From the NCBI GenBank assembly GCA_965602015.1, contig OZ271918.1:224001-288000 (forward strand): DNA of 64,000 nt, given 5' to 3'. Numbering within the stretch: the first letter of the stretch is position 1; the number at the start of each line of letters is the position of its first letter. Positions 18,300 to 28,169 of this stretch are shown in pieces. The translations under genes were made by a program, and so were the position numbers. The notes under the pieces are model-generated. The model had not been told where the DNA came from, made no database searches, and was given only the letters and a program-made list of their open reading frames with translations. Source of the DNA: Salinispira sp. (GTDB taxonomy: Bacteria > Spirochaetota > Spirochaetia > DSM-27196 > Salinispiraceae).

Positions 18300-20219
18300 A
18301 TGAGCTCAGAGCCTCCGAAACCCGGCGGTGCGACGCTTGCCTGGCACCAACGTTTAAATTACCAGCTAGCCACCGTGATCAGCGCCATGGTTTTCCTGAG
18401 TCTGCTCATTTTGGGAAGCGTCAGCGCTGGCCTGACTCAGGAAGCCCTGTTGAGCCGGGAGTTCTACTATCTTTCGTCCTTAAGCCAAACCTACGCCCTT
18501 CATTTGTCCCAGCAAATCGACAAGACAAGGGCTATTGTGAATGCCTACTCCTACGACAGCAGCCTTCGGGATGCCCTGATTGACGAAGATACCAGGCAGG
18601 CGTTTTTCCTTCTTGGGTTCGCCCGGGAGGCATCGGCCTACCTTGAGGATATTGTTCTCGTTCGGCCCGACGGCCGGGTGCTGGTGTCCGGCAGTCTGCG
18701 GATGGAAGGTGAACGTATTGATGAATACCCCTCTTTTTTGGCCAGCCTGGAAAGCGGCCGGAGCAGCATCGGAACCGCGGCGGTTCTTTCAAGAGGACTG
18801 GCGCCGTCTATCGGAATATCCGCGCCGGTTATTCTGGACGGAGAGGTAATCGGAGTGTTGCTCGGAGTGTTTAATCTCGAGCGCTTTGGCATCGATGTCC
18901 TGACATCGAGCCTTACCCGGGATCAGGCCGAGGTGTTCGTCATTGACGAGTCGCGTCAGTACGTGGTCCATCCGAACCGTAGAAGGCTTCTTCAGGCCGT
19001 CGAGGAGGAAATAAGCGCGACTCTCCCTGAAGCATCCGGAAAAACCCTGCTGATGGATGGAGAACGGAGAATTTCAGCTCTCGAACCGGTATCAGTCCTG
19101 CCCTGGTATCTCGGAGTGCATCTGGATGCCCGATCGGTAAAGCAGCCTATACGCAGGATCATCATCGTCTTTTTTGTCCTTTCGCTGATTATTGCCATTT
19201 CCCTGTCTATGAGCCTGTTTTATTACCTTCGCCGGCTCATTGTCTCCCCGATTCTGTCCATGCGAGACCGGGTTGCGGAATTCGACCGCAAACTCGAACC
19301 GATTGTCCCCAGACTCGAGCGTCGTAATGAACTTCAGCTGCTCGAACGCCAGCTCTCGTTGATGTCCTCTGATATCGCCGAGCGCAACCGCAAGATCAGT
19401 GCTATTTACCGCCAGCTGTTAAGATCGGAGAAGCTCGCCTCTCTGGGCGCCCTGGTGGCGGGGCTCTCCCATGAGATGAATACACCCCTGGGAAACGCGG
19501 TGACTCTGGTGAGCAATTGCAGTCAGACGATAACTGATTTCCGCGATCGGGTCGGCTCCCAGAATCTCACCCGGACCGAGTTGGATAATTTCATCGGGTA
19601 CATCGAAGAGGCAGTAGTTCATGTTCAACTGAATATCAACAGGGCGGCGGGGCTGGTCCGCGATCTCAAGCAGGTGGCCGTTGATCAGGGAAGCATGAGG
19701 CGCAGGGAGTTTGACCTCAGGGAAGTTACCGAGGAGGTCATCCATACCATCTTCCACATGGTCAAGAACCGCCCCATAGAAATTACCAATTCCGTCGAGG
19801 GAGATATCAAACTCAATAATTATCCCGGTCCGCTGGAACAGGTAATCACTAACCTCATAAGCAACAGCCTCGCTCATGGTTTTGGCCCCGAGGATTCCGG
19901 TGAGATTCAGATTTCCGGCAAAAAAAATGGCGGGATGGTGTATCTGGAATACAGCGATGATGGAATAGGAATTCCCGAAGATTTGAGGGAACGGGTATTC
20001 GAACCGTTTTACAGCTCGAAAATCGGCCAGGGGGGAACCGGGCTGGGGCTGTTTCTGGTTCAAAACATCGTTAGCGGAGTGTTTAACGGTCATATTATTC
20101 TCGAGGCCGCTCAACCCCGGGGCGTACGGATTCTTATTGAGTTTCCCGCCGAGCCGCCCGAGTCACCCCGGGAAACCCTGGATTTTCTCTCTCTGTCGGA
20201 CCCCAGCAACATACTTTAA
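18300..20219 (+). CDS. Membrane sensor histidine kinase (Cache-like, HAMP-like, HisKA, HATPase)
   Basis: Two transmembrane segments; SHEMNTPLG H-box, NLISNS, DDGIG, GTGLGL. Confidence 0.9.
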   Translation: MSSEPPKPGGATLAWHQRLNYQLATVISAMVFLSLLILGSVSAGLTQEALLSREFYYLSSLSQTYALHLSQQIDKTRAIVNAYSYDSSLRDALIDEDTRQAFFLLGFAREASAYLEDIVLVRPDGRVLVSGSLRMEGERIDEYPSFLASLESGRSSIGTAAVLSRGLAPSIGISAPVILDGEVIGVLLGVFNLERFGIDVLTSSLTRDQAEVFVIDESRQYVVHPNRRRLLQAVEEEISATLPEASGKTLLMDGERRISALEPVSVLPWYLGVHLDARSVKQPIRRIIIVFFVLSLIIAISLSMSLFYYLRRLIVSPILSMRDRVAEFDRKLEPIVPRLERRNELQLLERQLSLMSSDIAERNRKISAIYRQLLRSEKLASLGALVAGLSHEMNTPLGNAVTLVSNCSQTITDFRDRVGSQNLTRTELDNFIGYIEEAVVHVQLNINRAAGLVRDLKQVAVDQGSMRRREFDLREVTEEVIHTIFHMVKNRPIEITNSVEGDIKLNNYPGPLEQVITNLISNSLAHGFGPEDSGEIQISGKKNGGMVYLEYSDDGIGIPEDLRERVFEPFYSSKIGQGGTGLGLFLVQNIVSGVFNGHIILEAAQPRGVRILIEFPAEPPESPRETLDFLSLSDPSNIL

Positions 20220-20253
20220 TCACAGGGTACTTTTCGTTATACTGCTGCCAATT

Positions 20254-21903
20254 ATGGCTAAGTATCACGAAAACCTGTCCCACTGGGCAGATCAGAACGC
20301 ACAAAAAATTATCGGCAGCAGAAAGACCCCCGAGGGCACTCCGAAGAATCGCTATGTCTGCGCCTCGGGCATTACGCCGTCGGGTACGGTCCACATCGGA
20401 AATTTTCGGGAAATTATATCCGTCGATCTGGTACATCGGGCGCTCCTGGACCGGGGTGTGAATTCCCGGTTTATTTACAGCTGGGATGATTACGATGTCT
20501 TCCGGAAAATTCCGAAAAACATGCCAAAGCAGGATGTCCTTGAAAAATATCTTCGCTGGCCCATCGTGGATGTACCGGATCCCTTTGAAGCCGAGTCGAG
20601 CTATGCCCGGGCCAATGAGGTCGCGGTGGAGAAGGTCCTGCCACTTCTGGGAATCACCCCTGAATATCTCTATCAGGCGGAAAAGTACCGTTCATCTACC
20701 TACGCCGAGGGAATACGTCGCGCCCTGGAAAAACGTGACAAAATCCGGGAGATTCTCAATGAGCACCGCAGCACTCCCCTGGAGGAAAACTGGTGGCCTA
20801 TCTCGGTGTTCAGTTCATTTACCCAAAGAGATGAGACCACTGTCCTTTCCTGGGACGGCGAGTGGGGGATCAGCTACCGCTGCAATGACAGCGGCAGGGA
20901 AGAAACCCTGGATATCAGGAATGCGTCCGGGGTGAAACTGTTCTGGCGGATAGACTGGCCCATGCGCTGGCAGTACGAAGGGGTTGATTTCGAACCCGCC
21001 GGCAAAGAGCATCACAGCGCCGGAGGATCCTTCGATACCGCAAAGCAGATATCCGAAGCAGTGTACGGCTATTCGGCCCCGGTAACCTTTAAATACGACT
21101 TCATCAGCATCAAGGGGCAGGGGGGAAAGATCAGCTCTTCTCTGGGAAATGTGGTGAGTATTTCCGATGTGCTGGAGATTTATCAGCCGGAAATCGTCCG
21201 CTACCTCTTTGCGGGAACCCGGCCGAATGCGGAGTTCGCCATAAGCTTTGACCTTGACGTCATAAAGATTTATGAGGACTACGACCGCTGCGAGCGTATC
21301 TACTTCGGTCTGGAAGAAGCCAATGAAAAGCGCCGGGGCAAGGAGGGGCGGATTTACGAGCTCAGCCAGATAGACCCCGACTCCCTGAAACTTCGTGAGG
21401 AAGCGGCTGCCGGAACCATCATCCAGCTGCCCTTCAGGCATCTGTGCAACCTCCTTCTTATCCACAACGGAGATATTGCAGCGGCCATCGATTCCTTTCC
21501 CGGGGTCGCCGAAGCCCGCAGCGCCGGGACCTTCACACAAGAAGATCAGCTGCGTGCCGAAGACAGGGCCCGTTGCGCCTGGAACTGGATACAGGAGTAT
21601 GCTCCCGAGGACTTCCGGTTCAGCGTTAAAACCGGCCGGGAAGAACCCCTTGAGTTAAGCTCCGAACAGCGTTCGGCGGTAAGCGCCTTGAAGGAACTCA
21701 TCTCCTCCGGAATCGCCGACATTGACGATAAGGAACTGCAGGACCGGATTTACCAGGTCTCCCGGGACAACGGCATCGAGCCCAAGGATTTTTTCACCCT
21801 GTTGTACCTGCTGCTTATCGGCAAAGAGAAGGGCCCCCGTCTTGCGGGTTTCCTTAAGACCCTTGGCCCCGACCGGGTATTGGGCATCCTGAAGCCCTAT
21901 TAA
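20254..21903 (+). CDS. lysS: Lysine--tRNA ligase, class I
   Basis: HWAD, SGITPSGTVHIGN, WRIDWPMRW, EPAGKEH, KISSS, GPRL; ATG 20254 preferred as start. Confidence 0.95.
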   Translation: MAKYHENLSHWADQNAQKIIGSRKTPEGTPKNRYVCASGITPSGTVHIGNFREIISVDLVHRALLDRGVNSRFIYSWDDYDVFRKIPKNMPKQDVLEKYLRWPIVDVPDPFEAESSYARANEVAVEKVLPLLGITPEYLYQAEKYRSSTYAEGIRRALEKRDKIREILNEHRSTPLEENWWPISVFSSFTQRDETTVLSWDGEWGISYRCNDSGREETLDIRNASGVKLFWRIDWPMRWQYEGVDFEPAGKEHHSAGGSFDTAKQISEAVYGYSAPVTFKYDFISIKGQGGKISSSLGNVVSISDVLEIYQPEIVRYLFAGTRPNAEFAISFDLDVIKIYEDYDRCERIYFGLEEANEKRRGKEGRIYELSQIDPDSLKLREEAAAGTIIQLPFRHLCNLLLIHNGDIAAAIDSFPGVAEARSAGTFTQEDQLRAEDRARCAWNWIQEYAPEDFRFSVKTGREEPLELSSEQRSAVSALKELISSGIADIDDKELQDRIYQVSRDNGIEPKDFFTLLYLLLIGKEKGPRLAGFLKTLGPDRVLGILKPY

Positions 21904-21960
21904 GCGCACGGTAGTCCGGGACACTCGTGAGTTTCAGATTTCCGGAAGAGGGAGAATGCG

Positions 21961-22692
21961 ATGAGCAGCGATGACTTGAAAAGAGCCTGCGGCTACGCCG
22001 TGGTGGACGAAGTGGTGCAATCCGGCATGAAGCTGGGTCTTGGCACCGGAAGCACGGCAAATTTCGCCATTGAGCGACTGGCCGAGCGCATTTCCAGCAG
22101 GGAACTGAGGGATATATCGGCAGTTGCCACAAGTTTTGGCACCCTTACCCTGTGCCAGGAGCTGGGCATACCGGTATACAGCATGAATGACAGCAGGATC
22201 CGCGGCCAGCTCGACCTCGCAATTGACGGCGCCGATGAAGTGGATTCCAAAAACCGGCTCATCAAGGGCGGCGGCGGCGCTCACCTCCTTGAGAAACTCG
22301 TCGAGTATAATGCCCGGGAGTTTTACGTCATTGTCGATGAGGGCAAGCTGGTTGACCGGCTTAACCTCAAATTCCCCATTCCCGTCGAAGTCATACCCGA
22401 AGCCCGGGTCGCCGTGCAGCGATCGCTGGTAAACATGGGATTTTCCGTCAAGCTTCGGATGGCCAAGGCAAAGGTCGGGCCGGTGGTTAGCGACAACGGC
22501 AACCAGATCCTGGACATCCTCTCCCCCGATGGCTTAGTCGACGGAGGACTTTTTGATCCGGCAAATCTGGAGAGAAGTTTGAACTGCATTCCCGGAAGCG
22601 TGGAAAACGGGCTGTTCACCCGGCGGGTTAATGCGGTATACATCGGCACTGAAGACGGAGTTCAAATCCGAAGAGCCTCCGCCGCTGAGTAA
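21961..22692 (+). CDS. rpiA: Ribose-5-phosphate isomerase A
   Basis: GLGTGST, DGADEVD, IKGGGGA, SDNGN. Confidence 0.96.
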   Translation: MSSDDLKRACGYAVVDEVVQSGMKLGLGTGSTANFAIERLAERISSRELRDISAVATSFGTLTLCQELGIPVYSMNDSRIRGQLDLAIDGADEVDSKNRLIKGGGGAHLLEKLVEYNAREFYVIVDEGKLVDRLNLKFPIPVEVIPEARVAVQRSLVNMGFSVKLRMAKAKVGPVVSDNGNQILDILSPDGLVDGGLFDPANLERSLNCIPGSVENGLFTRRVNAVYIGTEDGVQIRRASAAE

Positions 22693-23255
22693 ATCTTGGC
22701 GAACACCCGGGGGTCGCCCCCGGCGTCGGGGTGGTGAATCAGACAGAGTTCACGGTAGCGGCGAATGATTTCCCGCCGGCTCACGGGATCTCGAAGCCCC
22801 AGGGTTTCGAGATGTTCAGACCGGTGAACCCATCGTTCTATGCGGTTTTGGGCATCGGTCAGCATTGACTGTATTTCCTCTTCTCCGGTGGAATCGAAGT
22901 TTCTCCAGTCCAGATAATACTCTTCAAGGGGGTCCGCCGGGGCTATATCCCGATCGCCCGGGGTTTTCCAGGGCATAATGCGGATATCAAGGCAAAAGAT
23001 ATGGATGTCCAAACCCCTGGTCCGCCGCAGTTCATTCCTCACCACATACAGGCTGTGAAACAAGAAAAAATGTGACCGGAAAACTCGAAGCAGCGCATTA
23101 TTGCGGGAACCCTCGGTTTCCTCCGGGTCATCGGAGAAGGGGGGTACACCCCGCTGTTGAAGCAGCTTCATCAGATTGTATTCGCTGATACCCTCGGGTT
23201 GCCCTTTGAGAATCTCGTACACTGTATCAGAAAGCCGGGTGAAATATTCCCGCAT
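22662..23255 (-). CDS. DnaJ-related domain protein with C-terminal J domain
   Basis: SEYNL...HFFLFHSLY, YYLDW, and HHPD J-domain motif. Confidence 0.8.
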   Translation of the reverse strand: MREYFTRLSDTVYEILKGQPEGISEYNLMKLLQQRGVPPFSDDPEETEGSRNNALLRVFRSHFFLFHSLYVVRNELRRTRGLDIHIFCLDIRIMPWKTPGDRDIAPADPLEEYYLDWRNFDSTGEEEIQSMLTDAQNRIERWVHRSEHLETLGLRDPVSRREIIRRYRELCLIHHPDAGGDPRVFAKIYSAAEALRI

Positions 23256-23349
23256 AGTAAAATGATAGCCGCCGGCTCAAAAATGATCCAGCGGCTTGAG
23301 AACAGAGTGGAAGCCGGGCTGGCTGATTTTCCCAACCCGGATAGAAAGT

Positions 23350-24219
23350 TTAGCGGATAGTAATTCCTGCGGTGAAACTCAGGGTTGCGAGGTTGTTCAT
23401 GCCGTAATCATTTACTGCCTGTGTCCAGAAACGGTCTTCAAACTCGCTGACTCCTCTCGAAGTTCCCCCAAGAAATCGCACATTCACAAAACTGGAAACG
23501 CCCCGCTGAAGAGGAACGCTAAAGCGCAGGGAACTGTCCAAAATGCTCCCTTCGAATTCGAAATCCGCGCCATTAATAAAAGCCGCCGATGCGTACAGTC
23601 CCGTAGCTTCGAATCCCAGTTCAAACCCCGACTCGAACCGGTAATTGACCTGGGTGAACAGGGCCGGAACCAGCCCGAGGTTCTGGTTGGTGGTTGATTG
23701 GCCGCCGCCAACCTCCCTGAAGACAATCGACGCATTGCGGAATTGCAGGGCAGCTCCGGCGTATACGTCCAGGGAATCCGACGGGATAAAATCATATCCG
23801 TAGGTAAATCTCCAGAAGGGAAAGCCGTACTTCAGTTCCATGGGAGTTCCGGAAGCAAAGGTAACCCCGTCGATGGTGACGTCGTCCCTGAAGGTGACCT
23901 GGGTGTTTATGGTAAGGGGCTGGTAGAGGGTATTAATCTGGTGACGGCCGCCGAGAATCGCCCCGAGACGGACCCGGCTTACGGGGAAAAGGATTTCCTG
24001 TCCCCCCTGGGTGACGAAGTTGAATTGGCTCCCGGTATCCGCCGATGCCGAGGACTGGAATACGTGGCTCACTACCTTGACCGCTCCGCCTTCCAGGTCG
24101 GCGAAAACCTGGACTGGACTGTCCGGTAGATTGATGAAGCTGCCGGTCTGGGACTGTGCCGAGAGTGAAATGCTCGCTATCAGCAGAATGACGCCAGCAG
24201 CTACCAGAGGTTTTTTCAT
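23350..24219 (-). CDS. Hypothetical exported protein, possibly an outer-membrane beta-barrel
   Basis: AGGAGA before ATG 24219; signal peptide MKKPLVAAG...SAQ; alternating aromatic beta-strand pattern. Confidence 0.6.
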   Translation of the reverse strand: MKKPLVAAGVILLIASISLSAQSQTGSFINLPDSPVQVFADLEGGAVKVVSHVFQSSASADTGSQFNFVTQGGQEILFPVSRVRLGAILGGRHQINTLYQPLTINTQVTFRDDVTIDGVTFASGTPMELKYGFPFWRFTYGYDFIPSDSLDVYAGAALQFRNASIVFREVGGGQSTTNQNLGLVPALFTQVNYRFESGFELGFEATGLYASAAFINGADFEFEGSILDSSLRFSVPLQRGVSSFVNVRFLGGTSRGVSEFEDRFWTQAVNDYGMNNLATLSFTAGITIR

Positions 24220-24292
24220 TAGTTTCTCCTGTGATATTTCAGTATGTGATGAAACTACTGAAGAAATGTCCGCGAGGCAAGAAGATGTACGT

Positions 24293-24313
24293 AAATCAGC
24301 TGTTTTCGGGGCA
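24293..24313 (-). repeat. Solo copy of the dispersed terminal repeat
   Basis: aaatcagctgttttcggggca. Confidence 0.85.
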
Positions 24314-24317
24314 GTAC

Positions 24318-24356
24318 AAAAAAACACCGACGGGAGCACAAACTCCAGTCGGTGTT
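24318..24356 (-). terminator. Rho-independent terminator of rubrerythrin
   Basis: aacaccgac...gtcggtgtt stem with an A7 run on the left (U-tract on the minus strand). Confidence 0.75.
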
Positions 24357-24378
24357 ACCTATTGAGTCGGTAGAAATT

Positions 24379-24954
24379 CTACCAGTTTTCCCGGATCAGT
24401 TCAAAATATGCCTGGGGAAAACTGCACGCGGGGCATTTCTTGGGAGGCTCGGTGCCTTCATAGATATATCCGCAGTTGAGACATGCCCAGGTCACGGTTT
24501 CCTTCTTTTTGAAGACTTCGCCGTTTTTCACGTTTTCCATGAGGGCCAGGTATCGTTTTTCATGCTGTTTCTCGGCTACGCAAATTGCATTGAATGCTGC
24601 GGCCACCTGAGAAAAGCCTTCCTCTTTGGCGATTTCGGCGAACTCCTTGTACATGGTGGTCCACTCGTAGTTTTCCCCTGCTGCCGCGGCCTTGAGATTC
24701 TCCTCGGTGCTGAGAACCTGACCGGCGGGGAATTCCGCCTCTACTTTCACCTCGCCGCCTTCCAGGAAATTAAAGAAGCGCTTTGCGTGCTCCCGTTCCT
24801 GATTGGCGGTTTCTTCGAATAGCTCTGCTATCTGCTCATATCCCTCTTCGCGCGCCTTGATTGCGAAATAGGTATATCTGTTTCGGGCCTGGGATTCCCC
24901 CGCGAATGCGGTTATGAGATTTTTCTCGGTCCGTGTTCCTTTGAGACTAGCCAT
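24379..24954 (-). CDS. rbr: Rubrerythrin
   Basis: AFAGESQARNRY, EREH, GENYE, EKQH diiron motifs; C-terminal CLNCG/CPAC rubredoxin-like domain; GGAGG ribosome-binding site. Confidence 0.95.
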   Translation of the reverse strand: MASLKGTRTEKNLITAFAGESQARNRYTYFAIKAREEGYEQIAELFEETANQEREHAKRFFNFLEGGEVKVEAEFPAGQVLSTEENLKAAAAGENYEWTTMYKEFAEIAKEEGFSQVAAAFNAICVAEKQHEKRYLALMENVKNGEVFKKKETVTWACLNCGYIYEGTEPPKKCPACSFPQAYFELIRENW

Positions 24955-25067
24955 GTAATCCTCCTGTCTCTGGTAGATTGGTACCTTTACAGTGTGGACC
25001 AAATTTGTAATCAATGCAAATAATTTATTCTGAGTAAAAGACTTATGTATTCCGGGGGAATTACCGG

Positions 25068-25090
25068 GTGCCCCGAAAACAGCTGATTTT
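25068..25090 (+). repeat. Solo copy of the dispersed terminal repeat
   Basis: gtgccccgaaaacagctgatttt. Confidence 0.85.
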
Positions 25091-25096
25091 CACAGC

Positions 25097-27133
25097 CTAG
25101 AACTCGACCTCGGAAATATAATCCCCAAGCTGACGACGGCGGCGGCCCAACTCTTCCTCCAGCTGAGTTAGCAGAACCTGTATCTGCTCAATTCTGTCCT
25201 CCTGGGAGTTCAGGCTTTCGGTATATCGCCGGTAGAGAGCGCTTTCCGCTTCGAGTGCTTCGAGGTTGCGGATGATGCGGTCCTGTTCACTGTAGATCCT
25301 CCGAAGTTCGCCCTGCAGCGATGATATCGACTGCTGGGTTTCATCAACAGCCCTCCTCAACGCGGTAATTTCCGAAAGAACTGCGGTTTGACGCTCATCG
25401 AGCACGCCGCTGGCGATGAACAGTTCGAGATTGGCATCTTGCAGATTTACCAGCTGGTAGCTTCGCGACAGTTCGCGGGTTTCCAGAAATTCCAGGACGC
25501 TCTGTTCTTCGGCCGGCAAATCGATGATAAATTCCGCATAGCCCTCGTTATCGTCGAATTCAGGAGCACCTGAAATCTCCCAGCCCGGGCTGCGCCTGTG
25601 AAGCAGCCGCAAAGCCAGTTCCTCGTTGCCGTTGTTTTCTATGGAGTAGCGGTAGTTCCTCAGTTGCCGATATCTGGTTTCCAGAATCCCGCCGCTTGCC
25701 CGGATTTCGAAAATCGAGTCTTCCCGGTTCTGGTTTTGGCTTTTAATGCTTACCCGGTCTTCAAGGGCGTATTCGATCCGACGGGTACCGCCGGGGGCCA
25801 TGAAGTCGAGAATGGCTTCGCCTGCAAATTCCCCTTGGTCATATATGGCCATGGGGCCGGCGGTAAAGAAGTATCCGCTGCTGTTTACGATGTTCAATGC
25901 CCGGTATACCGGCGCATTCGCGTCGGACCGCCATGTGAGATAGCTTTCGACGTCCAGCGGAGCGTTTACTGTGGGAATCATGGCTGACTTTTGAGCGCCG
26001 AGACTCACTGGGCCCTCAATCTGATAGGAAAATACCGACGCGAGGCTACCGCTGATTTGGCCATCAGCCCGAGCCGGAGCTGAATCCGCAACTGAATACT
26101 CTTCGCTATGGTCGTCGGCGAATCCGTCATAAGCCCTCGGGGCTTCGGCGAGCATCGGCGCTTGAGCGGCCTCATTCCCGGCGAAGGACCGGGCGCTTTC
26201 CCGGCGAGGCGCGCTGGCAATGGGCGAGGGTACCGGGGCCGCGCTGAGTCCCGGCGGAGGAAGGTTTGGCCGCGAGACATAACGAGGGGTATACAGGTCC
26301 ATGACGAAGGAGACGGGGTTGGCGGTTGAAAGGTTGAGCTCTATGTCCCGCCAGTCTTCAGAACCGGTGTTTTCAATGACGGCCCAGCCCTGGATGGTCG
26401 AACCGCTGTTTCCGCTGAACAACCGGTAGCTTGGTTTCCACACGGGAGTGCTTCTGATGTAGGAGATCCGTAGCCGTCGATTTCCCAGCCCGCTATAGCT
26501 GATTACCACAGTTTTAAGCCCCCCGGAATCACCGATGAGCTCGAGGGCCGTCTCCACATCGCTGGATGCCTGTGCGGAGGGATAGCTGATTCCTTGAATT
26601 TCAGAGAGGGGGAGGGAGGTGATCTGCCCGCGGGACAGTAGGTTGACGTGTTCCCCGCTTCCCGAAGGTGAGCTGCGGTTTTCCAGGCCCATGATTACTC
26701 CGGAAATGCTCGATTCAGCGGCCTGCACCCGTACTTCCATTCCGCGGCTGCGGATTAACAGGTCGCGTATGCCCGGATTTCCGCTTAAATCAATGGACAG
26801 CCTGCCCAGGGTCCGGTTTATGGGATCTTTCGCGGGAAATTCGGCGGAACTGACGGTACCCCCGTCGAGATCCTGGACAACCAAGGTTTTGAGAATATCC
26901 AGCATATCTTCACCGGAAACCGGCATTTCCAGCGTACCATCTCCATCCACCACAGCCTCGTAAGTGACCAGGGAGGTTCCGTTGGTAAACATGGTTACCG
27001 AGTGCACCTCAGGTGCGTATGCCGGTTCAGCGCTGCCTGCGCCGAAGGCTGTCATTGCCAAGAAAAGGGACGTCAGAATAGGCAGAACGCGCTTTGACAT
27101 GGTCTCGGTGATTTTGACTTTGAGAGTATTCAT
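25097..27133 (-). CDS. DUF4139-type exported protein with C-terminal coiled coil
   Basis: Signal peptide, DILKTL, SY....PVWKPSYRL, QGWAVIEN...EDW, EQDRIIRNL. Confidence 0.75.
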   Translation of the reverse strand: MNTLKVKITETMSKRVLPILTSLFLAMTAFGAGSAEPAYAPEVHSVTMFTNGTSLVTYEAVVDGDGTLEMPVSGEDMLDILKTLVVQDLDGGTVSSAEFPAKDPINRTLGRLSIDLSGNPGIRDLLIRSRGMEVRVQAAESSISGVIMGLENRSSPSGSGEHVNLLSRGQITSLPLSEIQGISYPSAQASSDVETALELIGDSGGLKTVVISYSGLGNRRLRISYIRSTPVWKPSYRLFSGNSGSTIQGWAVIENTGSEDWRDIELNLSTANPVSFVMDLYTPRYVSRPNLPPPGLSAAPVPSPIASAPRRESARSFAGNEAAQAPMLAEAPRAYDGFADDHSEEYSVADSAPARADGQISGSLASVFSYQIEGPVSLGAQKSAMIPTVNAPLDVESYLTWRSDANAPVYRALNIVNSSGYFFTAGPMAIYDQGEFAGEAILDFMAPGGTRRIEYALEDRVSIKSQNQNREDSIFEIRASGGILETRYRQLRNYRYSIENNGNEELALRLLHRRSPGWEISGAPEFDDNEGYAEFIIDLPAEEQSVLEFLETRELSRSYQLVNLQDANLELFIASGVLDERQTAVLSEITALRRAVDETQQSISSLQGELRRIYSEQDRIIRNLEALEAESALYRRYTESLNSQEDRIEQIQVLLTQLEEELGRRRRQLGDYISEVEF

Positions 27134-27167
27134 AGTGTTTTCCTCGAATGACGGGATTTACGGTACC

Positions 27168-28067
27168 TTACTGTATTAACCGCCGGATTAGGTGATCGTT
27201 ACGGCGCCATTTCGGATTGGTTTTTACCCTCAGGTCCAGATGTACCCGGTACGGAAAAACCCGTCCGATTTCTTTCTGGCTTTCCACCCTGATGGCCTTT
27301 ATGCCGGCACCGCCCTGTCCGACCACCATGCCTACCTGGCTCTTGCTCTCGACGCACACTGATGCCCGAATCCAGAGCTGATCGGCCTTTCCCGTTTCCC
27401 CGCCTTCCGCCGGTTTGATCTCCAGGTCGTGAATTTCCACATATATAGCGTGGGGCAGCTCCTGCCTTGCCCGGAGCATCGCCCGTTCCCGGATGATTTC
27501 AGCGATGCGGAATTCCGGCTCCTGATCTGTGTAATATTCTTCGGGGTACATGGGCTCGCCCTCGGGGGCCAGGGCGAATACCGAATCTACCAGCGCCTGC
27601 CTGCCTTCGCCGGTCGCTGCGGAGATACGATGTATCGATGCGAAATCTTTTTCCGACTGCACTAGAATTTGCTTTTCAAGGGCGTCTGGAGAGGCGAGGT
27701 CGCATTTGTTGAAAACGAGAACGACCGGAACCGCCTGACGGGAGAGGATGCCCAGGAGTTCCAGTTCTTCAGCGCCGATATCCCGGGATGCGTCGATGAT
27801 GTACAGCACCAGGTCGCAGTCTTCAAGGCTTTCGGTGACCAGGCTCATCAGCTGCTGGTTGAACTTTTTTACCGAATGGTGGAAGCCCGGGGTGTCGAGA
27901 AAAACGATTTGCCCGGCATCATCGTTGAGAATACCCCTGATCCGGTTTCTTGTGGTCTGGGGGACCGGAGTAACGATGGAGATTTTTTCTCCGCAGAGAA
28001 GATTCATCAGGGTTGATTTTCCCGCCGAGGGTCGGCCGACGATTGCCGTCATTGCGCTTTTTTTCAT
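27168..28067 (-). CDS. era: GTPase Era
   Basis: GRPSAGKSTL, PQTTR, DTPG, NKCD, KH domain (ELPH, VVGQGG). Confidence 0.95.
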   Translation of the reverse strand: MKKSAMTAIVGRPSAGKSTLMNLLCGEKISIVTPVPQTTRNRIRGILNDDAGQIVFLDTPGFHHSVKKFNQQLMSLVTESLEDCDLVLYIIDASRDIGAEELELLGILSRQAVPVVLVFNKCDLASPDALEKQILVQSEKDFASIHRISAATGEGRQALVDSVFALAPEGEPMYPEEYYTDQEPEFRIAEIIRERAMLRARQELPHAIYVEIHDLEIKPAEGGETGKADQLWIRASVCVESKSQVGMVVGQGGAGIKAIRVESQKEIGRVFPYRVHLDLRVKTNPKWRRNDHLIRRLIQ

Positions 28068-28169
28068 GCTTTAATCATAGCAGAATTGCAGTGTATAATA
28101 TGGCCGCGACGGGGACATTTTCACTATATTAAGCGGACTCATCCAAAAACGACAAACATGGAGAACACA

